Positions 25,424 to 39,733 of a stretch of DNA of 64,000 bases are shown in pieces. Below the pieces are notes generated by a model. It was not told where the DNA came from and ran no database searches. It saw only the letters and a list, made by a program, of their open reading frames with translations. The position numbers were made by a program, and so were the translations under genes. Positions within the stretch are counted from its first letter, which is position 1, and every line of letters begins with the position of its first letter. This stretch comes from Lytechinus pictus (lineage: Eukaryota): assembly GCF_037042905.1 (NCBI RefSeq), contig NC_087250.1, positions 15,502,001 through 15,566,000 of the forward strand, read 5' to 3'.

Positions 25424-25528
25424 TTAATAAGTGAATTTTAATTCAAATTCCATATATATGTTCGTCATGCAGTGATACGCCATTACAAATTGAAAAGTTT
25501 GTTCTCCGATGTCACATTGTTATCACAG

Positions 25529-25701
25529 GTCGACGGATTTGCGTGGGAGAGCATTTAGCCCGGACAGAGCTCTTCGTTATCATGACGCATCTTCTCCATC
25601 GCTTTATTTACGAAGAGGTCACGCCCTTCTCCATGGGTTGTACTGGAACCTTGGTGTTACACCCGTTACCCTTCGAGATCCGCGCCATACCCCGGGGGTA
25701 G
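25529..25701 (+). CDS. Cytochrome P450 exon 4
   Basis: CACAG acceptor; completes FGVGRRICVG heme motif; ends PFEIRAIPRG TAG; spliced CDS 1548 nt. Confidence 0.93.
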
Positions 25702-26561
25702 GAGGGTAATCCATTAAGGTTGGACGGCGAGGCCACTCGACCGATGCAGACAAGATATGAGTTTAAAAGCGCTACAACGCACAATAAGCCAGTTCGTAGT
25801 TCCTTTCTGTGCATGATCAAAAGGTTCTACGCATGATCAGAGGAAGGTCATTTGTACTTAAGTGACATGGTGGTTTAAAATCTAATGAGATGAGCTCCAA
25901 CTTTGATGTCTTGATCATTCATATATTCTTTTGAATTGTGGTTTTCATTTACATCCACAAAAAACAACAACGCGTCCACGAACGACTGGTTTTCACAGTT
26001 TGCCAAGTACATTGTGCAACATGCTATGATATGCATTCAAAGTAGGAATGCAACAAATACCTTCATAAAGTGTTCATTGGTGTGCTATTCTAGTCACCTG
26101 GTCTATTCAATTTCTTCATCCTACTATGTAAGGCAAGCTTACCTAATATTTTGCTTTGAAATCTGCCTATCATAATGAAAGAAATGAAAGGTCATTTGAC
26201 CGAAAATTGTCCATGAGTAACTACGAACTGGTCTATTGCATTATAGGTCACACGGCCACTTACGGTAGCTTTCTCCGTTTTCCTATTTTTCTTCTTTTTA
26301 ACATTAATGTTTTACATATATATCGATTAGTAATCGTATGTTTGCGTTTTATTTTTATTTGAATTGAAAATAATGTCTGTTTTTAGTTATATAGTTCAGT
26401 ATTTCATTGAAATCGTACGTTTGAAGGGTCATTATTTTGAAGGTATAAAGTTATTTTGTCATACACTGTTTGGGCAGGGGATGTTCCGAGCCTTGTTCAT
26501 AATTTTTTTAAACAATCCGTATTCCGTAACCATCCTTAACCTTCCGCATCAATTCGCAAGA

Positions 26562-27350
26562 TTCCCGACCTTTCGTTGGAAGAACGCGAACGCCTATTTA
26601 CGACGTTAGTTGATTTTAGAAGAGACTTTTTGGCCCGTAGTCATGGTCTTAAAACTCTGTCCTGCAATGCAAATTGTGTGACATGAGATTTTTTTTCGTT
26701 TCGCATCTGGAACGGAAACAGAGCTCGAGAGGCCGCAAGGGGGGGGGGGCCCAATTTCATTGAAGAGTGGATACCAGGCGCAACAACGCGTAAAAAGGGA
26801 AAGAGTGGGTAAGTACGTTCCGTATAGGCCTATGTAACGTTATAAAGGTGTCAAAAACGATGATTAAAATACTGAAAAAGGGATATATTTCCAATACTTG
26901 TAGGGTTTCACAAGCCAAATAATTGTTAAAAGATGCATTTTCATAATCTGGAAAAGACTTGCTTCCCTTGTTTAGGGTACTTTTCGAAACCCCATGGTCG
27001 TGCCTGGTATCCACTCATCAATGGAAGTGGTCCCCCCGGAATTTGAATCTAACCCCCATTTCTGGGGAAAGTAAAACATGATACCCTTTACATCGTGTGC
27101 TAGAGGCGTATCGTTTGTGTAGAAGGTGTGAACAAAAGAAACCCGCATGCAAACGTATTGCATACGCTGTGTACATATGCGAAATGGGTTCGGCTAGAGA
27201 GTTGATCTGACCCATGGAATCAATTGCCAGTTATCCACCAATAATCCACATTAAATGCAATATCGATTCGATGGACTGTAATGATCTATATCTAAGCCTT
27301 AATTTAGTAAGTTTTTTTCTCACTAAATATGTACTCGATTTGTTTGAAAA
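26562..27350 (+). repeat. Second copy of the unclassified repeat at 10641-11614
   Basis: Direct sequence similarity with internal deletions. Confidence 0.75.
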
Positions 27351-27767
27351 ACCACTTTCTTATCCATGTCATATTCTATTTTAGGTCCTGCATTTCGAAT
27401 ATCTCCAGCCATCAGTCGTAATACATGCATGTATGGCGCGCGGGTGTCGCGGGAAAGAATTTTGCACACGAAAAGCAGATCTGTAGGGCCTGTAACCCCC
27501 TGTAACACAAATCTTAGCATTGATTGTAGAGCAGTTTCCTACGTTTGATTCTATTGACTATAATGTACAATCAATCTTAAAAATCAAGTGTATGATTAAG
27601 CGTCAACTTTTGTGTTAGGGGACCCTAATATTAGCGTCCGTGATGATTGCGAAAGGTGGCAATTATCTGCAAGTGGACGCAGGAATCTGCATCAACACGT
27701 ATCTATACGCATCGTCCGCATCTCTTTCAGGAGGTAGGCCTATATGATAAAAAAGTGGTGATGGGAA

Positions 27768-28009
27768 CACTGCAAAAACACTGGTGTTGATTTAAGACCA
27801 GCCCGGAATCTATATATGTCTACACCAGAGAAGTGTTAAAGAACACCAGTTTCGTTTTGGTCTAACACCATATAGGTGTTTGTACAACACCAATTAGTAT
27901 TAAAACAGCATCGGTTTGATTCCAAACTGGTGTTGTTTCAGTACTTCTCTGGTGTGGACATGTATAGATTCCGGGCTGGTGTTAAATCAACACCGGAGTT
28001 TTTGCAGTG
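27768..28009. mobile_element. CACTG MITE (CMC/EnSpm-like)
   Basis: CACTGCAAAAAC...GTTTTTGCAGTG; 2-bp TSD AA; near-palindromic. Confidence 0.85.
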
Positions 28010-28189
28010 AAGGGATCCGAGGAGATCCACAGAAAAGTTGATTTTTTGACGCAACCGTTGACGCAGAGCACTTTGTGACTGCGCCTTAACTTTTGCTCAA
28101 CTGTTGTTATTGCGGGTAAAAATTATGCATTTTTATTATCCAAATATACGCAGGCATCAGCAGGTCCGTAACATGGCCGTACTATCATA

Positions 28190-30600
28190 AAAATGTTTGG
28201 TCAAACATCCTGAAAATGTTTTAGGGAAATGTTAAAATCATATGAAAATGTAGGGTTTTCTCATTGCTATAAAACATTTTCCTAACGTTTAGCTGCAACA
28301 TCTAAAATCATTTTTAACTTATTTTCCCAATGTATTTTAATAATAATAATAAAATGTTGCAATGATATCTTTATTCTGTTTTAAGTTAATGTTTGAAAAC
28401 GTTTATAATCATTTCTGATACCATACATTTTAATATAATTTAAACATTTTTTTTTGAAAACAGTGTTGTTTACGTTTAATGTTCTAAAAATTGTTTTTTT
28501 TTTAATGTTAAGAAGATCTCGCAAATATGGTTTCTTTTTGACGTTTCAGGTTAATGTTTTCAAAATATCATTTGGTTTCAAGGTCAAGCTGATCTTTACA
28601 ACTCTATCCCACAAATCATATTATCCTTTTCAGTCCTATCCTAATCTTAAACCTATCATTCTATATCCTACACCTATCCACTAGAATTCTGCCATTAATT
28701 CATATTTATGTCACGACTTTTCAACACTTGCCAAATTACGGTTAATTTTCTATATTTAACCTTAAAAATTTCACCTATGAATTATCTATTTTTATTAAAA
28801 TGATATGGTAATCAAGCTACATACTTTGGTGAAACTTTTCATGGTGAAACAAGTATGTAAATATAATCATGTTAATTGTTATATCTATGTAGGCTGAATT
28901 TTTTGGCAATTCACTGTTCTCATGAATATTCATGACTTCTAAATCATGTCCAGAAGACCAAACGTTTTCCCAATGTTGGCATAATGTTTTCCCAACATTG
29001 GCGTAGTGTTCCCAAATTGGCATAATGTTCTCCCAACGTAGGCGTAACGTAATTGCTTTTCAAATAACCCAGGAACAAACTAGATTCCAACGTTGTATCA
29101 TCGTCACAATGACTATTTTCACTATTCATGTGAAAATATATTGCAACTAAATTTTGCAGGTTGGGTCATGTACAAATAAAATGGATGACAATTATATAAG
29201 AACGCTATCATAATAAGGTTATCATGATGTCATAAAAACAAAAAAAAAAGATGGTTTTCTTCGACATAATAATTTCCAACAATATTTTTTCCATCACAAT
29301 TTCCTTATGATATTGTCAAAATATTTCATTTTGACCTTTCTAGAACGTTGGATATAATTTTAATCATATTGTAAATATATTTTAAAAACATTTTGTTTTC
29401 ATGATGTAATCAATATTTTCAAAGTGAAATAAAGATTTTCTTGCAAATGTCAATATGATGTTATGACAACATCAAAACAATAAACCTCCCAATAAATTAT
29501 ATTAACATTTTTGAAAACGCTAAACATTAAAATAAAAAGCTAATTGAAATATTCTAAACATATTGTGTGGTGACTTTTTTAGAACGTTTGATTTTGACGT
29601 CATTACATTTTGAAAACCATTAAAAGCAAATTTTCAACATTGAACAGATTTCATTAAGATATTTCTTTGATTTCTGAAAAAAAATTATAGTGAAAGTGTG
29701 ATTTTTTTTAAAACATGAATATAGGGTTTTGAAAAACGTAAAAAATAATCTAAAATGGTGTTCAATATAATATCTTTTAACTAATTTCTCGTGACCTTTC
29801 TAGAACGTTTAATGTTATTCATGTAATATTCTGATAACATTTTTAAAGAATGTTTTGTTTCTAAAAATCATTATTATGATATTATCAAAACGTTTTAAAG
29901 AATGTGTTTAGAAATAATTTTTATCATATTTTCACATCCAATGTAAAACATTATAAAGATGTTAGTAAAATGCTTTTTTGGTTCTCATAAAGTGTTAATA
30001 CTACATCACAAAAACGTAAATATAAGGATGTTTCTAATATATTTTTGAAATATTTTGGAAAACATTTGAAAAGCATTTTCCAAAAATGTTTTGTTAAAAT
30101 TTTGTAAAACCATAGTTCATATCATTTCAAGAACGTTTATTATTACTGTCATAATATTCTAACAACGTTTTTAAAATGTTATTTTTACATCGAAGATATG
30201 ACATTATAATGATGACAGGAAAATGTTGTGTTTCTATTAAAATAATATCACTAAACGTCAAAATTATTATGTTTCTAATACATTTTTGAAATATTTTTAA
30301 AGAACATCATCATTTTTTTGAAAAAATGATTTGTTGAAATATTTCGGAAACATATTTTCATGACTTTTTATAACATTATATTTTTTTGCCATAACAAGAA
30401 CGTTTTAAAAATGTTATTTTACATTAATTAAAAAAAAAAACATTATATAAATATATTTACAAAGATTTCTATTTCACAAAAATGACAATACTCTCATCTT
30501 TTTTCGAAGTCTGTATCGCATCTTTTCAAGCATCATTTCAAAGACAATATTATTCAAGAAAAGTCTTATGAAATACTTCCTGATTGTACAGGAATAACGT
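28190..30600. repeat. AT-rich AACGTT/AAACGTTTT repeat region, diverged relative of family A
   Basis: 28570-28960 shares ordered blocks with 2788-3190 (TTGGTTTCAAGGT, CTACACCTATCCACT, GAAACTTTTCATGGT, GAATATTCATGA); termini not found. Confidence 0.55.
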
Positions 30601-30829
30601 TAAGGTGTTATTCTTAATAAAGATATAATTTTTTTTCATTTTCAGGTCAACATTTGGGTCTAATTCACTTAGAAATATTGGTGAAATCAACGTCGGGGGA
30701 GATAAAATAGCCCCTACCCTCTTTTAAGTTTATTTTATTTTTTCTTCAAAGTAACATGGGCGCAAGCACATCATCCGCGTTGCAATGGCCAGATACGCGA
30801 TGGGTATGTCTACGCAGGCATTTCTCTTA

Positions 30830-31276
30830 CCGTGTTTACACTTAATCGGCATTTGAATCGGCTCGCGGTTCTGAACCGCGAGCCGATTCAGCATCGGCTT
30901 TTTCATAGCGTGTAAACGCGAGCAACTTGAATCGGCTCGCGGTTCAGAACCGGCAATTTGTACCACCAAAGTAGTAGGTTCTGAACAGCGAGCCGATGCA
31001 GAATCGGCTTTTTTACTACGTGTAAACAGAAAGCCGATTCTGCACCGGCAATTTGTGCGCATTTCAATTACTTTACCATTGTGACGTAATTGTAAGCGCA
31101 CTGATCCAGCGTTGTCTTTATTATGACGTATATTGTAGGTATGCGTATCATTTCAGGTTTTTGCATCGGCTCGCAGTTCTGAACCGCGAGCTGTAACAAC
31201 GTGTAAACGCAATCCAAATGCCGATTCTGCATCGGCATTTGGTTCAGAACCAATTGCCGATTAAGTGTAAACACGG
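30830..31276. mobile_element. Palindromic MITE
   Basis: TA|CCGTGTTTACACTTAATCGGCA...TGCCGATTAAGTGTAAACACGG|TA. Confidence 0.75.
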
Positions 31277-31933
31277 TAACATCTATAGATACGCAAGATA
31301 AATTTATACGCAAAATAACATTTAAATTTTTATCTGAGAGATAAAATGTCATCTCAGAATACCAATCTAATGGCCCCAGAATACCGCCCCAGATTCATAC
31401 TCTACTTTGGTCAAAAAGTAATTTTTAGCATTTTAAAATTTTGACGGGCGCACGCCCATGTCGTGACCTTTGATGACATGAACAGTTGACCTTTGACCTG
31501 AAATTGATGTGATGTAAATATGGTTGATATTTGATAATTGATAATGAAGATGAGATTGATAATGTGATTTCACAAAATGGTGCCTAGATGACGTCACAAT
31601 GACCTTTTGACATTGAACTTGTTTCGTACACATTGCGTGATAAGTCCACATAACTGATAAAATATTCATGAAAATTGATGGAGGAGTTTTGTTGATTCTG
31701 GTGGAACAAGAAAGGGTGGAAAAATGAAAATAAATAAAGAAAGAAATAATAAATGAAAAAGAAAATTCGTACGAAATTAATAGTTGATCTGTCGATTGAC
31801 AGATCACCCAATATGTACAGGGCCCTAGGGTCTCGACCTATTAATGGGTCATCGACAACCCTCCAAATAGCCCGCCTATTCATCTGTATGTCATCCTTTT
31901 TACGCTATTTTGCAATGCACCGTATCAGAGACA

Positions 31934-32244
31934 GGCCCGTATTCTGAAGTCAGGTTTAACTTAAACTTAGGTTTAAATTTGTGGTTTAACTATGGATAGC
32001 CAATTGTTACATAAATCACTAACGGTAGAGATATCATATTTCAGCTCATTTGGCTCTCAAATCATTCATAATTGTCCAGGAAGTATAGATAGATGATTGT
32101 CTTCACCATCGATGAATCAGGAAAGAGCACAATAAACATAAGAAACATACAACTTAATAAAAATTTTGATACTTTTGCCTTCCCATAATTTTAGCACAGA
32201 GTTAGACCATTGTCGAAGTTAAACCTGACTTCAGAATACGGGCC
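31934..32244. mobile_element. MITE, GGCCCGTATTCTGAAGT family
   Basis: Long TIR; second copy at 59446-59759; decayed copies in FN3 introns. Confidence 0.75.
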
Positions 32245-32664
32245 AGAGAGTTTTCATTCCGCAATGATGCATGTACGGATGCAAGAACTCAGTAAATATA
32301 GTGGAAGCCGAACGATTTTGGAAGTGGTGGGGGCGGGGGGGGGGGGGGGTGGGTGGGTGGTTACCATGCAAAAAAAATCAGATGAAAATTGTTACATTTT
32401 TGTACACAGGGGGGGGGGGGGGCTGAAGCCCACCCAGTCCCCCGCTTCCGCGGCCTTCAAAATGACAAAGAACTGCTAAGAGTCTTTGCCACAAGTTGGT
32501 GAACAGCAGTTTCGCCCGAAGTATCGGAGCTGACCTACTATTGCAAATTACGTCGTTTGTCCAGACGATCGAGAGCCAAGGACGAAACCTTTGTTTTGAT
32601 TCACCAATTTTCGACAAAGACTTCTTTGTTTTTCTTTATCATGACAGTCATTTGACAATACATA

Positions 32665-33190
32665 TTTCAATTCAATTCAATTCTTTATTCCATTTCCATT
32701 CAAAACATAAGACAAAGTAATATAAAGTAGTACAATTCAAGTACAATTTTGGACGAGCATTCTTACTTCGTAAAAAAATACAAAAAAAAACCAGTATAGC
32801 ATTGAGCATTAATGGAAATTAGGGGGGTCCACTAAAAAGCAAAGCTTGTAAAGTGTGCATCCCCTTGGAAATAAAGAAAATGTAGTGGACTTATTCATAT
32901 ATGCGTATATATACAGGAAAAGAAAAAAAAGAGAAGGAACAAAAAGGTCGAAATCATATTGATGTAAACATAATCATCACTGAACAAATGCAAAGCTATT
33001 CACACAAAGAGGTCTTCGCTGTGAAGGAAATATGTTGCGCAAGACAGAAGAAAAAGCAGAAAGAGAGAGGTAATGACAAGACATAGAAGACAAGACAAAA
33101 CAAGAGACAGGACAGTACAAGACCTATCCTCTGTTCTGGAACCCTATATATAGGTACGCCTCTAACATGTGTAAGCAAAAACAAATCCCT
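32665..33190 (-). mobile_element. LINE 3'-UTR fragment
   Basis: Minus-strand AATAAA + (TTGAA)n tail; ACAAGCTTTGCTTTT hairpin shared with 60500-60672. Confidence 0.45.
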
Positions 33191-33676
33191 ATGTATTTTA
33201 CAGTGCTGTAACGGTTATTACACTGCGTTCCCTTACCCTCCTCCTCATCCTGTCCCTTTTTTTTTCTACTGAAATTTCAATCCATTTGCATCGAATATGT
33301 TTATTACCTTAAGAAAAAAATCTCTTACAGAAAACTAGACACCTGGTATGACCTTCTGCTTGGCCGCTACCGCTTTTTACACCATGGGTGGCAATGGGGA
33401 ATCCCGGCTCCGCGATATCGCAATCCATTGTATCACAATTACTGCAACAATAACGCATCACAATTTCATAATCATTATGTGAATAGCCGTGAGTATGAGT
33501 GTATATCAGCGGGTATTGATATAGTACAATTAAACAATTAGAAAAAGATAAAGTTGACTTCGACTGTGGAAGATAATTCACTGAGCAATATGAATTCTGG
33601 AAAAGCAGCTGCTGCTGTGTGTCGTGATAAAACTATCACACTATCCCGCTTGGACCGAAGATTATACAAGTATGTA

Positions 33677-33725
33677 ATGAGTTTTGCAGGTGTGGCGTGT
33701 GTGGTTTTTGTTATACTTCTAAGCG
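33677..33725 (+). CDS. FN3-repeat surface protein exon 1 (signal peptide)
   Basis: MSFAGVACVVFVILLS then G|GTGAGT phase-1 donor; link to downstream exons is inferred. Confidence 0.6.
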
Positions 33726-34919
33726 GTGAGTATACAAATATACCAGGCTTTGAGTAAGGGCCTTTTCACACGTGAATCTTGAATCATCATTGAATTCAAT
33801 TCAGATCAGTTCGTTATCAATTGTAGACGGGTCAATATACGACCAAAAATACCCTTACCCGGAACAAATTGCAACAAATGATTTTTCAACGGTTTTCTTT
33901 TACTATTCGACCTCAGGAATAATATACTAAAAATCTACCGAAATCCGCATCCGGGAAAGTGGTTATTTTCAAGATGGCGTCCAAGATGGCCGCCATTCAC
34001 TGGAAATGGATACAACTGACTCACTATCCACCCTAGAATCATATTTCGGTTCATATTCCATGGTCTAGGGAAAAAAATCGTTGATACAGGCTAATGTGAA
34101 TTATAAGCCCTCCAGTGTACCTGGCAAATCCAAGATCCAAGATGGCGCACAAAATGGCTGCCGTTGGCGGGAAATCCACAATTCATCGAAGTGGCTTTAA
34201 GTTGGTTTTCATACAATGGTTTTTAGGGTGAAGTATAGTACATTGGATTGGAACAAGTTACAAGGACAGCCAGTGGTCTGGTGTGTCCAAAATCAAAGAT
34301 GGCTTCCAAAAGTGGAATTTTAAATGGCTGTTGACAATTAAAAGGGACATAGTTCATTTCATATCCGCCTGGGACATAATGGTTTTTGTGTCTATACCAT
34401 GGTTAAATGGGTCAAATAATACATTGGGGCAAGTTACAAGGACAGTCAGTGATCTGATATGTCAAAAAATCGAAGGTGACTCCAAAAAATTGATCTTAAA
34501 AATAGGCTGCTGGTACTTAAAGCAGACAAATCTCATTTCATATCGGCCTGGGAAGTGTAATTTTGGTGTCTAGTCCACTGGTTTCAAGAGTCAATTAATA
34601 CATTAGGGAAAGTAACAAGGACGGTCAGTCTCCTGATTTGTAAAAAAATCAAAGTTGGCTTCCAAAAATTGATTCTAAATTTACTGCTGTTACTTAAAAC
34701 GGACATAGCTTATTTCATATCGGCCTGAGGGTGCGATTTTGGTGTCTAACCACTGGTTCCATGGGTCACAATGATATAACTGGGACAAGTTTTAAGGCCA
34801 GTCAGTGGCCTGGTATGACCAAAAATCCATTATGGCTTCCAAAAATTGATTCTATAAGATGACCGCTGATAAAAAATGGGGGTCTTAAATTACTCTTCTT
34901 ACTTAAAAGTGGATATAGA

Positions 34920-37254
34920 CATGGGTGTCGATCGGTATTCTTGGTTGGGGGGGATGATTGACACAAATGTTCTTGTGGATGGGGATCTTTCAACATTACC
35001 CCCACTAAAATCACAAGTTAGGACATTTGGGAGTGGTTGATATGCATGGTGTTCTTGCATGCAGTGGCGTACCGTGAGTCACGGCATTGGGGGGGGGGTA
35101 CCAGCAAAATTTTTGAGTCACTTAGTGAGCGCGCGAAGCGCGCTCAGTTGCCAGGTATACTGACCTAATAGGGATATTTTAAGGACAGTGCCATTAAACG
35201 GATATGTATCTCACTGCTCAAATAATGCGAGCGCGAAGCGCGAGCTGAAAATTTTTGATATGCAGACCGAAAAAGGACATTATAAGCAAATTTTTGTAAT
35301 CATGATACATACCCGTCTCGCTAAACAAACAATGCGAGCGCGAAGCGCGAGCTGAAATTTTTGTAAATATTTACCCCAAACAAGGACATGTTAAGGACTA
35401 TATTTTAGGAATCCATTAAGAGTATACATATCTCACCATAGTCATCTAATGCGAGTGCAAAGCGCTTGCTGATTTTGCTACATCTAAACACATGAAGCAC
35501 TTTTTGTAGTCATTGTAATCATGATAATACGCATCTCACTCATCAAATATTGCGAGCGCAAAGCGCGAGCTGAAAATTTAGGATATTCAGACCTGAAGAG
35601 AGGCATTCTAAGGCCTGTTTGTAAGAATTCACTAAGACCATACGATACGTATTTCACTAAACAAATGATGCGATCGAAAAATTTTGATATTCAGATCGGA
35701 AAAAGGGACATTTTAAGGACTGATTTTTAGGAATTCATGAAGAGCAGTCATATCTCACCAATCTACTAGTGCGAACGTAAGCACGGACAGGAAATGTTTT
35801 ATATTAACACCTTAAAATGGGGCAAAAAAGAACCATATGTCACTACATAAAACAATAATAAGTCGAAGTGCGAGGAAATATATTTGGTGTATATTGACTT
35901 AAAAACGTTAAACAGACAATGCGAGTACCGGGAACAATGAAGAAATCTAGGCCTGAGCAAAATAAAGTTATGAAAAAAATGTTTCTTATGTATTATAACA
36001 TAACATTATGATAATATAACATTATAATGAACAATAATTTCTTCATTCGCACTACGTTTCTCTTCCTTTCTCCTCTTTCCCGTTTTTTTTTTTGGCCAGC
36101 CGATTGGGGGGCATGTGCCCCCATGCCCCCCCCCCCCCCGTAGTTACGCCACTGTGTTCTTGGAAATTCTTTCATTGCAGTGTACTGTACTTAATTTTTT
36201 TTTGAAAATTCAATTTGTGTTACAAGTAAGCCTATTCTAAACTCATACGAAAGAAAAAATGACAAAAATTGTCTGGACCATGTACAAAGTGATCTGTTTA
36301 TTGGACATGATGTATACAACTTCTCTCTTAAATCTAACCCGACTGGCGATATCTTTTTTTTTTCTTAATGCATGATGATAAAATGCAGATTCGGACAAAT
36401 TAAGACTAGCACAAATTACAAACTGTGTGGCTTCTCGTGCGCCATCGGGCTTACAGTCATTCCTCAGACGATTTTAACCTGGATTTTAACATGATTTAAA
36501 TGCTTTATAAGTGCATAAAATAAAAACAATCAAAACTCAATTGTCATGTTATGATATTTCTCCAACATTTTCTTGAACCATCAGTGTGTAATATCAGCTA
36601 ATATATGTGTTAAAATGAAATTTGCGTACCGCATGAGTGTGCTCATATAGAATGCAAAACTGTCATCCCTTTCCAAACTCAAAAGAGATTTCTTTTTGCC
36701 AAAATAAGAAAGAGCCAATCAAGTTTAGTTATTCAAGTCCATAACAATAACAAGAATAACATGAAAAAAAAATCCGATGTTCATATCCGAAGATACGCTT
36801 TAGAGAGAAATGAATGATTATTCTTTCTGAAACCATTAATTGATCTCACTTATTAAAAAATTGTAAGAATATGATCATATTACCACTGGTGGGATGGAAC
36901 ACCCTATCAACAAAAGTTGTTTTTCGTCGGGGTCCTTTTATGTCATGTGTTACAAAATATCATATACGTAAACATTTCATTCTTTTTCATCTTGAACCTC
37001 CACCCATCTGTTTAAAAGTCCTGGAAAAGAATGTTTTTATTTAATAACAATATACACAAATTGCGAGGGAAACAAACTGATTGATGGCATACTATAATCA
37101 TCATGATCAAACCTTTACATTTTTTCATCATCATTATTATAAATTTTCTACCTTAAATTATTGGGGGGGATGATAATACAGGCCATCCCCCCCACTTGAA
37201 ATATTGGGGGGGATATATCCCCCCCACCCCCCCCCCCCGTGATCGACACCCATG
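34920..37254. mobile_element. hAT-like element nested in the foldback
   Basis: CATGGGTGTCGATC...GATCGACACCCATG; 8-bp TSD GATATAGA. Confidence 0.8.
35062..36154. mobile_element. hAT-like element (GCGAGCGCGAAGCGCGAGC family), third nesting level
   Basis: CAGTGGCGTA...TACGCCACTG ends; TSD imperfect. Confidence 0.65.
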
Positions 37255-39049
37255 GATATAGAACATTACAAATACACCTTGGGGATATTATTTTGGTGTC
37301 TACACTAGGGTTCCAAGGGTAAAGAATACTTTGGGACTGTTTACCATGATATGCAGAATATGCATTTTGCCTTAAAATCGAAGTTGGCTTTAACAAAATA
37401 ATGGGTTCTGAAGTGAATGCTGTTACTTAAAATGGATATAGTTCATACAATATCCACCTGTGAGAAATAATATTGGTGCCTACATTCAAATGTACAGTAT
37501 ATGGATAAGTTATCATATTGTTTCATGAGTTGGTAACAACACCCATTTTGATGAAATTTTAGAATCCGCCATGGATTTAAAAAAAAATGGAATACTAACC
37601 ATTCTTGCTACTTGTCCGAATGTAATATTTGACCCTTCATACCACAATTTAGACATCAACATTATTTCTTACAGATAGATATGGTAGAACTCTGACAATT
37701 ATTGAGTGATATGAGTCGTTTTAGATGCCTTTTTGAAAACCCTCTCGGATTTTTAAGGCAAACTGGACAACTGCCTATATGTAACCAGTCCAAACGTATT
37801 ATTTTAACCATGACACCATAGTGTAGACACCAAAATCATATCTCCTTGGTGGATTTTAAATGAACTATGTCCATTTTTAAAGAAACAGCAGTCATTTTAG
37901 GCTCCGATTTTTTGGAAGCCATTTTGGATTTTCGACACAATGAACCACTGACTAATTGTAACTAATTTTCTGACTTTTAAAACCATGGTATAGACATCAA
38001 AATCATATGCCCTTGACGGATATTACATGAACTGTGTCTATTTGTAAATACCAGCGGCTAATTTATACTATTTTTAGCCACTGTGGACTTTTGGACATAC
38101 TTGACCACCTATCGTCCTTGTAACCTATCCCAATGTATTATTTTGAACCATTTACCAAGGTATAGGCACAAAACTCATATTCCCGGATATTGAACAAACT
38201 ATGTTGGGGTTTTTTTTAAATAGCAATAGCATTTTTTATTTCCATTTTTTAAGCCATCTTGTTTTTTTTTTAGCATACTGGACCACTGACTGTCCTTGTT
38301 ACTTGTCCCAATGTATTATTTGAGCGTTGAAACCATGGTCAAACCAAAATCATATCTCTCAGGTGGATATGATATGAGCTATGTCCATTTTAAATATTAA
38401 CAGCAATTTTAAACTCCATTTGGAAGCCATCTTCGATTTTTGGACACACCAGACAGTCCTTGTTACTTGTCCCGATGTACCACTTCACCATCAAAACCAT
38501 TGAACAAAAACCAAATTAAAGCCACTAAAGTAAGTACTAGATGAATTTTGTATTTTTTATCCTACGGCAGCCATTGGGCGCCATCTTGGATATTCCTGGT
38601 ACACTGGAGTGCTAATATTCACTCTAACTTGCATCAATAAATTCTTTTACCCACTGGACCATGGAATATGAATCTACATAGGATTCTAGGGTGGATAATG
38701 ATTGAGTTATATCCATTTTCAGTGAATGGCGGCCATCTTGGACGCCATCTTAGAAATAATTACTTTCCCATGTGCGGATTTTGGTAGATTTTTAGTATGT
38801 TATTCCTGATGTCAAATACTGCCAGAAACAGTTGAAAAATCATTTGTTGCAATTGTTCCGGGTCAAACCATATATTGACCCGTCTATATTGCGCAAGATT
38901 GGCTTCATAAGAAAATATCTCAACAGAGAAAATTGTAAATTCAGTCATTTCTTCACGATTCGGGCCTCCTTTACAACTTACCAGATTCTCAACGAGGGAA
39001 ATTGCAAAGGTTGCAAAATGCAGGTGCGCGTATTTTAACTCTATCTAGC

Positions 39050-39484
39050 AAGCACCGCCACATCACCCCTATTGAAACTCTTCACTCGTTGCCCCTTAAG
39101 TCTTTAAAATCCTTCTTTGATTTTTCATATAGTCAATGGAACTTCCACCAGTTACAATAAGTCTTTGATGCATAATTACCAACCCTCAAGAAATTTACGA
39201 TCCTCATCATCCAATCTCTTACAATTCCAGTTTATGCGGGGAACGGATCTTTGCGCATGCAGGGCCCAACCTGTGGAACTATCTTCCATAAAGTTTGAAA
39301 ACCCAGACTTTAGTGACCACAAGGGCAACCTGAAAAGATACCTGTTTAAGAATACTTTGGATAGACATTGACTTATTGTAAAGACGTGAATTATATGTAA
39401 ATAGTTTTTGTTGCTCTGCTCTGAAGCGCCTTGAGCATCAAGATGGACAGTGTGCTATACAAATCTCATGTATTATTATTATTC
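39050..39484 (+). mobile_element. L2-like LINE 3' end, decayed
   Basis: YQPSRNLRSSS-like C-terminal remnant; AAGCGCCTTGAGCAT...GCTATACAAAT + (TAT)n tail. Confidence 0.55.
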
Positions 39485-39564
39485 GTCTTTAGAATCATCA
39501 GACCTTTCACACGTTCACTCGAAAACCGTGATTTAAATTCGAATTCCCGAGTGAAGGCGGTATG

Positions 39565-39662
39565 CAGGGACCTGGGAACGATTTTTTCAGTGGGGGTGCT
39601 GAAATCTCTCCTCAGAGGTGGGGGGGGGGGGGGGGACAGACACAATTGAGTTTAACATAATT

Positions 39663-39733
<71 letters not shown>

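Larger units (their letters stand above)
33824..38886. mobile_element. Academ-like foldback non-autonomous element
   Basis: TAGACGGGTCAATAT...ATATTGACCCGTCTA; arms of several hundred bp with CAAGATGGC motifs and internal tandem units; TSD unclear. Confidence 0.65.
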
